Positions 30,567-40,454 of a stretch of DNA of 64,000 nucleotides are shown in pieces. Source of the stretch: an uncultured Collinsella sp. GTDB lineage: Bacteria > Actinomycetota > Coriobacteriia > Coriobacteriales > Coriobacteriaceae. A program made the translations under genes and the position numbers. The stretch is taken from NCBI GenBank assembly GCA_900766165.1, contig CAAFUK010000055.1:875-64874 (forward strand), given 5' to 3'. The notes below the pieces were generated by a model. That model was not told where the DNA came from. It saw only the letters and a list, made by a program, of their open reading frames with translations, and made no database searches. Each line of letters starts with the position of its first letter. Within the stretch, counting starts at the first letter, position 1.

Positions 30567-31571
30567 ATGTACGAGCAGATAATTTACTTTGGCGCGCCCG
30601 GTACGGGGAAGAGCCATGCGGTTAAGGAACTCATTAAAACCCAAGATCGAAAAACAAAGCTATTTCGCGTGACCATTCATCCCGAATTTACTTACGGTGA
30701 TTTTGTCGGCCAGATATTGCCGAGGAATTCGGCGACTGGAAAAGTTGATTTTGCGTTTGTGCCAGGTCCGTTTACGCTTGCGTTGATGGCTGCTTTTAGC
30801 GATACGAATCTTCAAGTCTATTTGGTGCTGGAGGAGCTATCCAGAGGAAACACTGCCGCCATTTTCGGCGATGTATTTCAACTGTTGGATCGCAATAGAT
30901 ACTTTGAGAGTGAATTTGAGGTCACCAATAGGGATGTAGCTTCAGTTATTCCGGAGTTGGCGGGCGACACAATTTATCTTCCTTCAAATCTTAATATAAT
31001 CGGAACCGTAAACATGAATGATCAAAATGTGTACCCAATGGACACTGCATTCAAAAGGCGTTTTGATTGGCGCTACGTTTCCTCGACTCCAGCACTTTTG
31101 AACAATGGTTCTGGCATGATTGATGGACATCTCAATAATCCTTATTTTGAGGTGGCTGCAGGCAATGGGGATAATGTAATTGATACTAATTGGTTGTCAT
31201 TTTATTCTGCCTTAAATAAGTGCATCGTTGATAGGGAAAAGGGGCTTGGCCGTAATGAGGACAGGCAGATAGGCCAGTTTTTTCTAAAGTTTAATGAACG
31301 GACGATCAGGGATTCGTATAGCCTGGAGTCAGAGCGGCGCTTGCGGGCAAAAGAAGAAATTAATAGCGTTGTCAGGGAAAAGCTGCTTCTCTATTTATGG
31401 CAAGACGTGCAGGGTACGGCTGTATTTGATAGAAGTGAGGCGCTGTTTTTAAATGAAATAACCTGCTTCGGTGATTTGTATGATAGATATGGAAAGAAAC
31501 AGGTGTTTAGTGACCTATTCTTAGATGAATTCCTACGACCAAATGCAAACAAATACAAGTATTCGGATTAA
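30567..31571 (+). CDS. McrB-like AAA+ GTPase (LlaI.2-like) without N-terminal DNA-binding domain
   Basis: GAPGTGKS, HPEFTYGDFVG, PGPFT, LEELSRGN..AIFG..FQLLDR, NMNDQNV (NxxD), DTAFKRRF. Confidence 0.9.
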   Translation: MYEQIIYFGAPGTGKSHAVKELIKTQDRKTKLFRVTIHPEFTYGDFVGQILPRNSATGKVDFAFVPGPFTLALMAAFSDTNLQVYLVLEELSRGNTAAIFGDVFQLLDRNRYFESEFEVTNRDVASVIPELAGDTIYLPSNLNIIGTVNMNDQNVYPMDTAFKRRFDWRYVSSTPALLNNGSGMIDGHLNNPYFEVAAGNGDNVIDTNWLSFYSALNKCIVDREKGLGRNEDRQIGQFFLKFNERTIRDSYSLESERRLRAKEEINSVVREKLLLYLWQDVQGTAVFDRSEALFLNEITCFGDLYDRYGKKQVFSDLFLDEFLRPNANKYKYSD

Positions 31572-31575
31572 AAAA

Positions 31576-32847
31576 ATGATAATCCTGTCTGCAAACGATG
31601 GGTCTCCTGTCGATAAAGATAAACTAAATGAGAAGGGATTTTGGGACTCTATCAATAAGCGCCGCGATATTCGTTATCAAAATCGATACGAATACGCTGA
31701 CGATGAAGAAGAAGAAGCCAACGCTGCTGCAGTCTATTGCTTTGTGGGCTTTGTTGCAAACGCGAACAGTGATCTCCTGGTGGTGTTGCCCAAGTGCCTC
31801 GAAACGAGCGATTCCGATTTTGAGGCTAAGAATCTGTTCGAGGTTATCAAGAAGCACGCTCAGCGCCATCCGAGTTTATACATCGGCCCAAATGCGTCTG
31901 AAACATATGTTAGCAATTATCCGTTTGCAGCCTATTTTGCCATTCTTAGCTATTATACTCGGTTTGGCCTGTATCGAGAAAATGAAGTACGGGTGAAGAG
32001 GGGGCTCACTCGTTCTATTAGCTGGAAAGATACGCTGAAGCGCTCTATAAAATATGTTGTTGACGATGAGGTTGCTCCTTTTCCTGTCTACGGAAGGAAG
32101 AAACAAAACAAAACTAGTTTAATAACAGCTTGCATGGCTTTTGCGCTTGACTATACCGCATCGAAGTTCGGCGCTATTCTGCATGCCCCGCTAAGCGGCT
32201 ATGACATACCAACTGAAATGGTTTTAAATAATAGAAAAGGTGTAATTGAATATCTAATCCAGGAACGTAGTGCAACGTTTAGAGATACGAAGTTGAATTT
32301 ACTTGACGCGCTAATTGACTTCTATCGCAAACTCAACTTTGGCGGTTCGCTGTATTTGAAACATTATAAATTTGATTTAATATGGCAAGATATCGCTATG
32401 GAATATCTGTGCTCTCACTACGAAGGAATGGAGACGAATGGAATCAGCTTATCCGTTACGCCGGTGGCTAGATCTCATTTTGAGAGAAAACGTTTCTATC
32501 CTAATTTGGCAAACCCCAGGAATTTTATTGATTTAGACTACTACTATATTGATAGGACGTCTAAAGAGCAGCTTATTTTTGATGCGAAATACAAAACAAA
32601 TCTGCGAGAACTGGACTATAAGCAACTTGCCTATCATTTTATTTTGGCAAATCGGAGAAATGATTCGGGCTGTGAGCCCTTATACCGCGTTACTCGGAGC
32701 GCTTTGATTTTACCGGGCATTCAGACGGGCTCTAGATTGCATTTTGAAATGGATCCGGCGTTCAACAAAGAATTTGCAGATATGAAAATATTTGAGGAAC
32801 GTATAGATATGAAGCGGGCGATTGAGTATTACGTGAATGGCTCGTAA
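31576..32847 (+). CDS. McrC/LlaJI-family restriction endonuclease subunit (LlaI.3-like)
   Basis: FVGFV..LVVLPK, ISWKDT, FDLIWQ, DLD...IFDAKY...KQLAY (PD-(D/E)xK). Confidence 0.8.
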   Translation: MIILSANDGSPVDKDKLNEKGFWDSINKRRDIRYQNRYEYADDEEEEANAAAVYCFVGFVANANSDLLVVLPKCLETSDSDFEAKNLFEVIKKHAQRHPSLYIGPNASETYVSNYPFAAYFAILSYYTRFGLYRENEVRVKRGLTRSISWKDTLKRSIKYVVDDEVAPFPVYGRKKQNKTSLITACMAFALDYTASKFGAILHAPLSGYDIPTEMVLNNRKGVIEYLIQERSATFRDTKLNLLDALIDFYRKLNFGGSLYLKHYKFDLIWQDIAMEYLCSHYEGMETNGISLSVTPVARSHFERKRFYPNLANPRNFIDLDYYYIDRTSKEQLIFDAKYKTNLRELDYKQLAYHFILANRRNDSGCEPLYRVTRSALILPGIQTGSRLHFEMDPAFNKEFADMKIFEERIDMKRAIEYYVNGS

Positions 32848-32931
32848 TTCATACAGCGGGAGGGGTTAAATCGGCGTGGAGAGCGCGCCTTAATAGTCAT
32901 AACATCGTATGCCGGTTGTGCTACTCTTTTT

Positions 32932-32971
32932 GTGAACGGCGGAGCCCTTTATGGATGGCTTCGCCGTTCAC
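32932..32971 (+). terminator. Stem-loop after the restriction operon
   Basis: GTGAACGGCGGAGCC ... GGCTTCGCCGTTCAC. Confidence 0.55.
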
Positions 32972-33047
32972 CGTTAAATAGCGGCACTTTCAATCTCTCG
33001 GTTATATCGACTGAATAAAATGTTGATTGTTCAGATTGGAGGCGGCT

Positions 33048-34232
33048 ATGGTTCAACCGAAAACCCAAGGAAATCACCGAGCATATCCAAAGGAGCTGGC
33101 GATATATGTCGAGCGTATCCTATTGGAGGAAACCGATGCTGGGCTTGGCAAAGGGTTGGGCGTTTCGGACATAATGGCGGAGCTTAAAGCTCGTTATGGC
33201 TATGAAGTTAAGCGCGACACAGTGCAGTGCGTATTGAACGCACTTGTTGATGCCGGGTCAAAAAAGCCTTCGCTCTGCAATAATGCGGGCGCCAGCCCGT
33301 TAACCGAGATGAATAGAATCGACCTCGACAACAGTTGCCTGAATCCGTCCTACACAGTGATTTCAAGTCGGTTGGCTTGTAAGGGCGAACGACTGACGAA
33401 TGGTGAGGGGAATCCTGCTCCTAAAAATGCGAAGCGCCTGTACAGCATAGAGCGTCAAATTGATGGTGCACAAATTGAGCATCTGTGCCGTCTCATTGAA
33501 GCCTCTACGGGCGTGGGCGGAGCCGACGTACTCGAGCATGCAGTTCTTCGCTTACTGTGCGGCGAAGAAAGGCGGCAGATTGAAGATCGCTTGGCTCAAG
33601 AAAACGCCCTGCTCAAAAGCGGCAGAATTGCAAATATGGAAGCAACGCTTGCAAATTTGAGGTTATTGGAAAAGGCCATTAGCCAAAGGCAGAGAGTCCG
33701 CTTTCGAACTTCTGATAAGGGACGATTGCATAATCATACGCCATATCATCTATGTATGCACGATGGCTACTACTACCTGTTTGTGGGTCACAAGGGTGCC
33801 ACGAGGTCTTTTGACGCAATTCGAGTTGATAATCTGTGGGATATAGCCATTGCTGGACCAGTGGACGATGCAAAAGGTCGTTTTGAAGCGATGGTCGAAG
33901 AGGCGAAGAGATTCTCTCGTGCTGGCGTGAACAGGATGTTTAGCGACGATATCGTTTCGGTTCGCGTAAGGTGCCATAGCCAGGCAAAGGAGAAGTATCT
34001 TTTAGCCGAATTTGCCGGGAACGATGGGTTTCGGCGTGAGACGCAGGACGGGCATCCGAATCCAGAGTATTCGTTTATGGCATCGTATGACGGCATGAAA
34101 ACATGGGCGATGAAGTGGCTCGATGTGTTTGAGATACTTCAACCAAAGAAATTACGCGATGACGTTGTGGACATCATTGGACATAAATGTATCTATGTGA
34201 GTGCGAGGACTGATTCAAATGACACCTGCTGA
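33048..34232 (+). CDS. wHTH-WYL-WCX transcriptional regulator
   Basis: ILLEETD...L.VSDI..L...YG.EVKRDTV (wHTH); TPYHLCMHDGYYYL, IRVDNL (WYL); WAMKWLD.FEILQP..LR (WCX). Confidence 0.85.
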   Translation: MVQPKTQGNHRAYPKELAIYVERILLEETDAGLGKGLGVSDIMAELKARYGYEVKRDTVQCVLNALVDAGSKKPSLCNNAGASPLTEMNRIDLDNSCLNPSYTVISSRLACKGERLTNGEGNPAPKNAKRLYSIERQIDGAQIEHLCRLIEASTGVGGADVLEHAVLRLLCGEERRQIEDRLAQENALLKSGRIANMEATLANLRLLEKAISQRQRVRFRTSDKGRLHNHTPYHLCMHDGYYYLFVGHKGATRSFDAIRVDNLWDIAIAGPVDDAKGRFEAMVEEAKRFSRAGVNRMFSDDIVSVRVRCHSQAKEKYLLAEFAGNDGFRRETQDGHPNPEYSFMASYDGMKTWAMKWLDVFEILQPKKLRDDVVDIIGHKCIYVSARTDSNDTC

Positions 34233-37200
34233 GAAAAAGCAAGCAATTGGCGATGCGTTGGATTATTGGTATTTGCTCGATTTTTTGAGCCAAGGCGACC
34301 AGCCCGAAGATAAAGTGGACCCGCCTAGGCCCAGAAAAGGAATGCTCGATGACTGCTTTGTCCCAAAAGAGCGGAACGACCAGGACCTAAGGACGCCTTC
34401 TGAAGAAGCGAGAGAGCGTGCGGATGGCGTTACGAACGGCGAAAACTGGCCGATTTCAATGATTTACTGTCACCTTGGCTCTGTTCCACGCGAAGCGGTC
34501 ATGACGTATCTTGCGAATAGACCGGGGAATGAAATCGAAAAAGAGGACGAGTGCATGACGGTTGCGCTATTAGGTATGAGTCCTGATGGCAAATTTGTCA
34601 GCTTTGAGTTGTCCTCCTTATTTTGGTGGTTGAAGAAGAATGTAGGGAATAGCCCAAATGCCATCGGTAGTTTCGAGGAAGAACAGGACGCTATTCGCAA
34701 GAAGCTCAATCAAAAACTCGATGGAACAAAGCTGACGTATGGTGTCATTAGGGACATTGTCGATAGTTACGTCCGACCAAAGGTTGAGGGGATAGCCAAC
34801 TGCCTTCCCGACGGTGACGGGGCTGAGCGTATCAGCGAGTGGTGTTCAAGGCTGCTTGTTGAATATAGAGCAATGAAGCCAAAGGACAATGGGGACGATG
34901 CGTGCCCAGTGTTCGATCAATCCCTCTGTCACTCATTTTTCGCAAAAGATATTTCCCAGATAAATGAGCTGTGCAACAGGTCGGGGTCTTTCGACGATTT
35001 TCGTGAGGGACCGTTGTCTCTTGTCGCTGCTTACCTTGAAGGCGGCTTGAGGGAGGAGTCTGCTTGTGGAGAGGTCGATCTTCTGGGCGGCGAAAGCGAT
35101 GACGATCTGGCTGTCCGTGCAGATTTCTTCTCTGAGGTGTTAGGAGCCGGCGCTACACCTATCGGTCGCTGGCCGAGTAAATACTCCTTGAGTTTGATGC
35201 AGCAAGTGGCAGTAAACCTTGCGGTTGGTCGTGGCGGTTCGACACGCAAATACCCCGCAAACGATGTCATGTCGGTAAACGGTCCTCCGGGCACGGGAAA
35301 AACAACTCTGCTCAAGGATATCGTTGCGGCTAATGTTGTCAAAAAAGCCCACCTGCTGTGTGAATATGACAAACCCGATGACGCCTTCGAAGAGGTAGAG
35401 CTGAGCAAACGATATCTCCAGTTCGCCAAGAATCCCTATCGTTTCAGGAAGGGCCGAACCGGAGATGCGATTAATAACCTCAGCATTTTGGTCTGTTCGA
35501 CAAACAATGCGGCAGTTGAGAATATCGCTAAAGAGCTTCCTGATGGGAAAGCCTTTTTGGAGGGGATTGACGAATCCGAGAAAAAAGAGTTTCTAGAGTC
35601 AGATTTGTCCAACATTGTTTGGGGAAAGACAAGCGAGCAGAAAACGGTAGAAGACCTCTATTTTTCTTCGGCGCTCGTAGACAATGAGGGCAACCTTCGA
35701 GACCCCGAGCATCCCGGACTTATGATTGCGGCGTGTCTCGGAAACCGAAGGAATATTAATAGTTTTAGGAATTGTGAATTAGCTTCGCTGCAGTTTAAAG
35801 CCCAGGTAGGAAAGGGAAAGCGGTTTTCTAAGGCGAAGAAGCTGTTTCTCGCTCAATACAAAAAGGTATCCGATCGATTTAAAAGAATGGAGGAGCAAGC
35901 CGCCAGGGAACGCGAGCTCCTGAAGCTTCAAGCGCAGTTGTCCCAATTGAATTATGAGTGCCAGGAGGACGAGCGAAAGATAGTTGAAGAGCTGACAATC
36001 GAAACGGCGTGCCTGCCTCATCCTTTTGAAGGCGGTACTGTAGGCGATGCCCGGAAATATCTCGATGACATTGCGAAGGATACCGCTGATTATGAGGCGA
36101 GAAGGAATAGGCTTGAAACAGAATTGCGCGATGCGGAAGAAAAGGCCAGTGGGCTGATTGGGTGGATCTATAGGGGTCGTTTGTCCGATAGCCTCGAGAA
36201 GCTCGATTCCTTTATGCAGCAAACCAAACCGGAGCGGAAGCTTGTTGCGCTGTATACGACATTTGAGAGCAAATACGAAGAATTAGAGAATGAAAAGAAG
36301 AAACTAGTCTCTTTGCAGGTGGAGATTAAGGGGTTAGAGGACGTAGTCGAGGGCGCTAAATTTGTCGAGACGATTGATGAGCGTTTTGTTGAGTCTATCT
36401 CAGAGGGGGATAGCGAAAGCCGAAAGAGCGCTCATTTATATAATCCATCCGATGACGATGAACTAAAAAAGGAGCGTAACCTGCTATTTCTGTACGCGTT
36501 GCAAGTGACACGCGAGTTCATCCTTGAATCAAAATGCATGCGGAACAACATTACGCTTCTACGAACATACTGGGGAGCCAAAGACATAGGCGCCGATTCT
36601 GGTAAAAAGGAGTTGATAGAGTTCACGCAAGCCGACAGACGGAAGATGGCCCCTGTGCTTTTTCAGGCGCTCGGTCTGCTTACTCCAGTAATCTCTTCCA
36701 CATTTGCGTCGATTGGTCGCATGCTTGAGGATGTTCAGATTGGTGGGGCGGATCCGCTGTTTGGCTTGTTGATTATAGATGAGGCTGGACAGGCGGTGCC
36801 GTATGCCTCTCTGGGTGCCCTTGCTCGCAGTCGACGTGCAATGATTGTCGGCGACCCTTCTCAGATTGAGCCCGTTATTACGGGGGATGTTAAGGAGCTC
36901 CGAGCCGCCCTCGGTAAAAAAGTATTACTACCGTTTAAGGGAGATGTGGCTTCGGTCCAACGACTTGCCGATGCCGTTAATCCCTATGGCCATCTGCGCA
37001 GCAACAGCGAGGATGATCAATGGATCGGCTGCCCGCTTGTGGTCCACCGTCGTTGCATATCGCCTATGTTCGATATCTCTAATGAGATCTCGTATCAGGG
37101 CTCCATGCTTAACGAGACGGCTAATCCAAAAAAGGATCTCGCTGACAGCTTTTATCTAAAGTCCTCGCAGTGGATCAATGTTGCAGGATTTGAACGTGGC

Positions 37201-38820
37201 AATCGCGACCACTATGTTGATGTTCAGGGCGACAGAGTATATGAGATTGTCGAAGATGCTTTTAGGAAAACGGCGGCTGCGACCAAGAAAAAAGCTGACG
37301 GGTCGGGTGAGCTTGAAGAGTGCGCTATTCCGAGCCTCTATATCATTTCTCCGTTTAAAACTGTTGTCAGCGGGCTTAAGAATAGACTGTTAGAAGAGAC
37401 GCCTGAAGGAATAGCAGAGCGTGCCTGGAGTGCATTCGCAAAGCTTAATATTGGTACGGTTCATACGTTTCAAGGCAAAGAAGCCCATCAGGTGATATTT
37501 GTCTTGGGGTGCGATACAAGTCGTAGCTGTGAAGGTGCAATTAAGTTTGTAAATCCAAATATCGTGAATGTTGCGGCAAGCCGAGCTAAGTATCGCCTTT
37601 ACGTAATTGCTGACTATGCAGCGTGGAAGATTAACGAGAACGTTGCAACGATGAAGCGAATTCTCGATACGGCATGGGTTAAGCATTGGGAAAAATACCA
37701 GACGACTGGAGCTATTGAGGAACTCAATGCAGCGAAAGATATGCTGCCGCGCGGAGAATCTCTTCCACGGGAGGCAACTGACGCGGACGAGGAGCATGTC
37801 AATGAAGATGATTGGTGTCCTGATGTAAGCACCGATTCCTATTTGGACAATGTGAGCGAAGCGTTCAAAAGCTTTAATCTGGATGCAGAAGACTGTCGAA
37901 TCATAGGCTTCTCTTCGCGCGAAGCTCTTCGAAGCGCGTTCGCTGATTGCGCGTGCGACCAAAATGGCAAAAATAGGGTGCTTGAGAATATCGAGCAGGG
38001 GCTTCTTCTGTGCAAGATATTTGGCATTGGCAGTGTTGGTACCGATAACGATTCAGATTGCGCATTTTGCCTGCTAATGTTCTGCCGTGCGGCAGAGAGA
38101 TACTTGCGTTTGAAATTGCTGCCGGCCTTGAAGGCCATTGCTCCCGATTATGTTGTTGCAAGAAAGCCGCTCAAGGAGCTTGAGGGGCTCAACCTTGGTC
38201 AATACGGAAGGTTAATCGCAAAAAAGAGCGAGCTACTGGCATCCTCTGTTCAAGTTGAAAATGCCGAACTGACGCAGGCGTCAAAGGGAGACTGGTGGAG
38301 GACGCTTGGCGAAACACTGGGTCAATTCACTAGATTTCGTAATAGCGCTTGTCACACCGATCGAGAAGAGACGGTTAGCGCGGGCGAGGTCTGGCTGGCG
38401 CTTCGATGCCTGTTCGTTGCTTTTCAGCTTGATGAACATGGCCATAAGAGTGTGGAAATCATGCGAGAGGGTGTTGCTTACGAAGCGGCTTTTGCGGGGG
38501 CCGAGCGTTTGCCGGTCTGCTACTCAAAGGATCAGGCGGAAGCTAAGGGCTATGCCTCAATTACCCTAATACTGAAAGAAGGCGGTCTAGATATTAAGTC
38601 TAAAGATGCCAACGATATTCTGATGAAACAAGGTTATCTGCGACTTTACGATGAAGGCGAAGAGAGTGTGCAGAGATGCAAGGTCCCGTCCGCTAAGGGC
38701 TTGAGGCTGGGTGCAATCACCGTGCGTGGTGAAAAGGGGGACGGTGAAGTGTACTTCTATGCACAGTATCCGAAAGTGAAGGCAAAAGATATATGCGACA
38801 TAATTGAACGCGAGTCATGA
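34219..38820 (+). CDS. Large SF1B (DNA2/NAM7/Upf1-like) helicase with coiled-coil insert and C-terminal HEPN-like region
   Basis: MQQVAVN, NGPPGTGKTT, STNNAAVENI, IIDEAGQ, VGDPSQIEP, HRRC, ISPF, GTVHTFQGKE, NVAASRAK; tail FCRAAE...LGQY...RNSACH. Confidence 0.88.
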   Translation: MTPAEKKQAIGDALDYWYLLDFLSQGDQPEDKVDPPRPRKGMLDDCFVPKERNDQDLRTPSEEARERADGVTNGENWPISMIYCHLGSVPREAVMTYLANRPGNEIEKEDECMTVALLGMSPDGKFVSFELSSLFWWLKKNVGNSPNAIGSFEEEQDAIRKKLNQKLDGTKLTYGVIRDIVDSYVRPKVEGIANCLPDGDGAERISEWCSRLLVEYRAMKPKDNGDDACPVFDQSLCHSFFAKDISQINELCNRSGSFDDFREGPLSLVAAYLEGGLREESACGEVDLLGGESDDDLAVRADFFSEVLGAGATPIGRWPSKYSLSLMQQVAVNLAVGRGGSTRKYPANDVMSVNGPPGTGKTTLLKDIVAANVVKKAHLLCEYDKPDDAFEEVELSKRYLQFAKNPYRFRKGRTGDAINNLSILVCSTNNAAVENIAKELPDGKAFLEGIDESEKKEFLESDLSNIVWGKTSEQKTVEDLYFSSALVDNEGNLRDPEHPGLMIAACLGNRRNINSFRNCELASLQFKAQVGKGKRFSKAKKLFLAQYKKVSDRFKRMEEQAARERELLKLQAQLSQLNYECQEDERKIVEELTIETACLPHPFEGGTVGDARKYLDDIAKDTADYEARRNRLETELRDAEEKASGLIGWIYRGRLSDSLEKLDSFMQQTKPERKLVALYTTFESKYEELENEKKKLVSLQVEIKGLEDVVEGAKFVETIDERFVESISEGDSESRKSAHLYNPSDDDELKKERNLLFLYALQVTREFILESKCMRNNITLLRTYWGAKDIGADSGKKELIEFTQADRRKMAPVLFQALGLLTPVISSTFASIGRMLEDVQIGGADPLFGLLIIDEAGQAVPYASLGALARSRRAMIVGDPSQIEPVITGDVKELRAALGKKVLLPFKGDVASVQRLADAVNPYGHLRSNSEDDQWIGCPLVVHRRCISPMFDISNEISYQGSMLNETANPKKDLADSFYLKSSQWINVAGFERGNRDHYVDVQGDRVYEIVEDAFRKTAAATKKKADGSGELEECAIPSLYIISPFKTVVSGLKNRLLEETPEGIAERAWSAFAKLNIGTVHTFQGKEAHQVIFVLGCDTSRSCEGAIKFVNPNIVNVAASRAKYRLYVIADYAAWKINENVATMKRILDTAWVKHWEKYQTTGAIEELNAAKDMLPRGESLPREATDADEEHVNEDDWCPDVSTDSYLDNVSEAFKSFNLDAEDCRIIGFSSREALRSAFADCACDQNGKNRVLENIEQGLLLCKIFGIGSVGTDNDSDCAFCLLMFCRAAERYLRLKLLPALKAIAPDYVVARKPLKELEGLNLGQYGRLIAKKSELLASSVQVENAELTQASKGDWWRTLGETLGQFTRFRNSACHTDREETVSAGEVWLALRCLFVAFQLDEHGHKSVEIMREGVAYEAAFAGAERLPVCYSKDQAEAKGYASITLILKEGGLDIKSKDANDILMKQGYLRLYDEGEESVQRCKVPSAKGLRLGAITVRGEKGDGEVYFYAQYPKVKAKDICDIIERES

Positions 38821-38852
38821 GTCATCTCAAAGTCAAGTGAGTTTTAGAGTAA

Positions 38853-38892
38853 AACCCGCAATTTAACGCTATATAGCGGTAGATTGCGGGTT
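38853..38892 (+). terminator. 40-bp near-perfect palindrome/terminator after the helicase
   Basis: AACCCGCAATTTAACGCTATATAGCGGTAGATTGCGGGTT followed by GCTTTTT. Confidence 0.6.
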
Positions 38893-38950
38893 GCTTTTTA
38901 TCTCTTTTCACTATTCTGCAGGTGTCAGTTGTTCGAAGGGAGATTCAAAG

Positions 38951-39256
38951 ATGCTTGAGTCCAATTGTATTTATATTTGCGACGAGTCGAATGAGGAGGA
39001 TCTCACGTGCACGCTTTTGCAGATGAGGCAGATAGTTGACGAGGCAATTGATCTTGCTTATGAGCTCGAGGACTCCTCTGTTGCTTACAAGGGAGTTGTT
39101 GACGGCCTGTTGGCCACGTTGGAGTCGTTGTGCTACCGCAATGCCGCCGTCCATGAGCTTATTCAATCTGTTCTGCTTGAGCGTAATGAGACCCTGCGAT
39201 TTGATGAATTACAAATGCGTAATGATGAAGTGCCCGAGCGGCCAATATGCCGATAA
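38951..39256 (+). CDS. Small acidic hypothetical protein
   Basis: AAGGGAG RBS, 101 aa, helical. Confidence 0.5.
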   Translation: MLESNCIYICDESNEEDLTCTLLQMRQIVDEAIDLAYELEDSSVAYKGVVDGLLATLESLCYRNAAVHELIQSVLLERNETLRFDELQMRNDEVPERPICR

Positions 39257-39359
39257 CGACATTTGTTTGTCTCTGAGGGCAACAGTCTTGTCCAATCCCT
39301 CGAAGACATCGTTTTTCTTACATTAGCTTGCGAACGTAGCCTTCTTTGAAAGGAAGATC

Positions 39360-40184
39360 ATGAACGCTTCTATCCAAATTTCGTCCAGCGCCGCTGAGCC
39401 TGCACCCCGCACCGCCAAGGGTGAGGTCGTCAAGCTCGTGCAGGGCGCGCTGCTCATTGCCGTTGCTGCGGTTGCCGCTGTCGGCATCGCCTCTGTCGCC
39501 GCCCCGTTTTGCGTCTGGAAGGGCGAGGTCGCGCTGTTCTTTAACAATTCGTTCCATACCAACTACTCTGTTTCCTCGATCGCGGAGTACGCATCGGCGG
39601 CGCCCGGGTCCGATTGGGCATCGCTGCTCGTGGCTGCGCTCGTCGCGGCGTACCCCGCCTACCATGCCGTCTGGCGCGTTCGCGAGGGGTTTGGGCTCAG
39701 CTGCGAGGTACCGGTATTCTGCAGCCGTGTGTCGCGCTCTCTCGCCGCGGTGAGCGCCTGCCTGCTGCTGGCGATGCTGTTCATGGGCTATGGAACGAGT
39801 TGGCTCATCAACGGCAGCGCGATGGGTGACCAGAGCCTTGTTGAGTCGGGGCACAATGTATGGACCGTTTCTATCGTGATTATGCTGGGCTGCGCCCTGA
39901 TGTGCCTGTTCAAGTGGTTTGTTGCCAAGGGCCCCGGACGCAATTTCGGCAGCGGCTTTGCCGTCGAGCTTGTCCGCCTTGCCGACGTTCTGCTGAAGCG
40001 CGCGAGCTCGAACCTGGTGTTGTGCTATGTGGCCGAGCTGCTTGCCTGCCTGCTGGCGCTGGCCTTTATTGCCGTGGCCTATGTCGTCGTGAGCGTGGCT
40101 ATCGTGCTTGCGTTCGCAGCCGTGGCCTTAGTGGTGTGCCTTGCTGGGATTCCCGTTATCCTTGCTGCCTCGTGGCGCAGGTAG
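39360..40184 (+). CDS. Multi-pass membrane protein
   Basis: Five or six hydrophobic segments; AAGGAAG RBS. Confidence 0.65.
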   Translation: MNASIQISSSAAEPAPRTAKGEVVKLVQGALLIAVAAVAAVGIASVAAPFCVWKGEVALFFNNSFHTNYSVSSIAEYASAAPGSDWASLLVAALVAAYPAYHAVWRVREGFGLSCEVPVFCSRVSRSLAAVSACLLLAMLFMGYGTSWLINGSAMGDQSLVESGHNVWTVSIVIMLGCALMCLFKWFVAKGPGRNFGSGFAVELVRLADVLLKRASSNLVLCYVAELLACLLALAFIAVAYVVVSVAIVLAFAAVALVVCLAGIPVILAASWRR

Positions 40185-40295
40185 CGGGGGCTATCTCCCA
40201 GCTGCCTACGCCGGCCACGCCCGGTGCCGCCCCGTGGCCGGCGGCTCAGCGTGGCTTCACTATGATTCATCCGTAAATGACCGCGGGGCGACCAT

Positions 40296-40368
40296 GCGAG
40301 TTCTTGTCACCGCGTGAGAAAAACGTGCAAGAATCGCAAGTTCTTTTCATGCGATGAGAAAAACTTGC
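40296..40368. promoter_or_regulatory. Two tandem 33-bp imperfect palindromes (40-bp period)
   Basis: GCGAGTTCTTGTCAC-CGC-GTGAGAAAAACGTGC and GCAAGTTCTTTTCAT-GCG-ATGAGAAAAACTTGC. Confidence 0.6.
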
Positions 40369-40454
40369 AGATTGGTGCGAGGGCGACAACTCTCTGCGTG
40401 AGCGCGGTTTCGATATTGCTTGTTAATGTGTCCGAACGGTTGATTGGAGACAAA

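Noticed and set aside
39258..39271. GACA-N6-TGTC as a WYL operator
   Set aside because: Too short to distinguish from chance, and not clearly repeated at other island promoters
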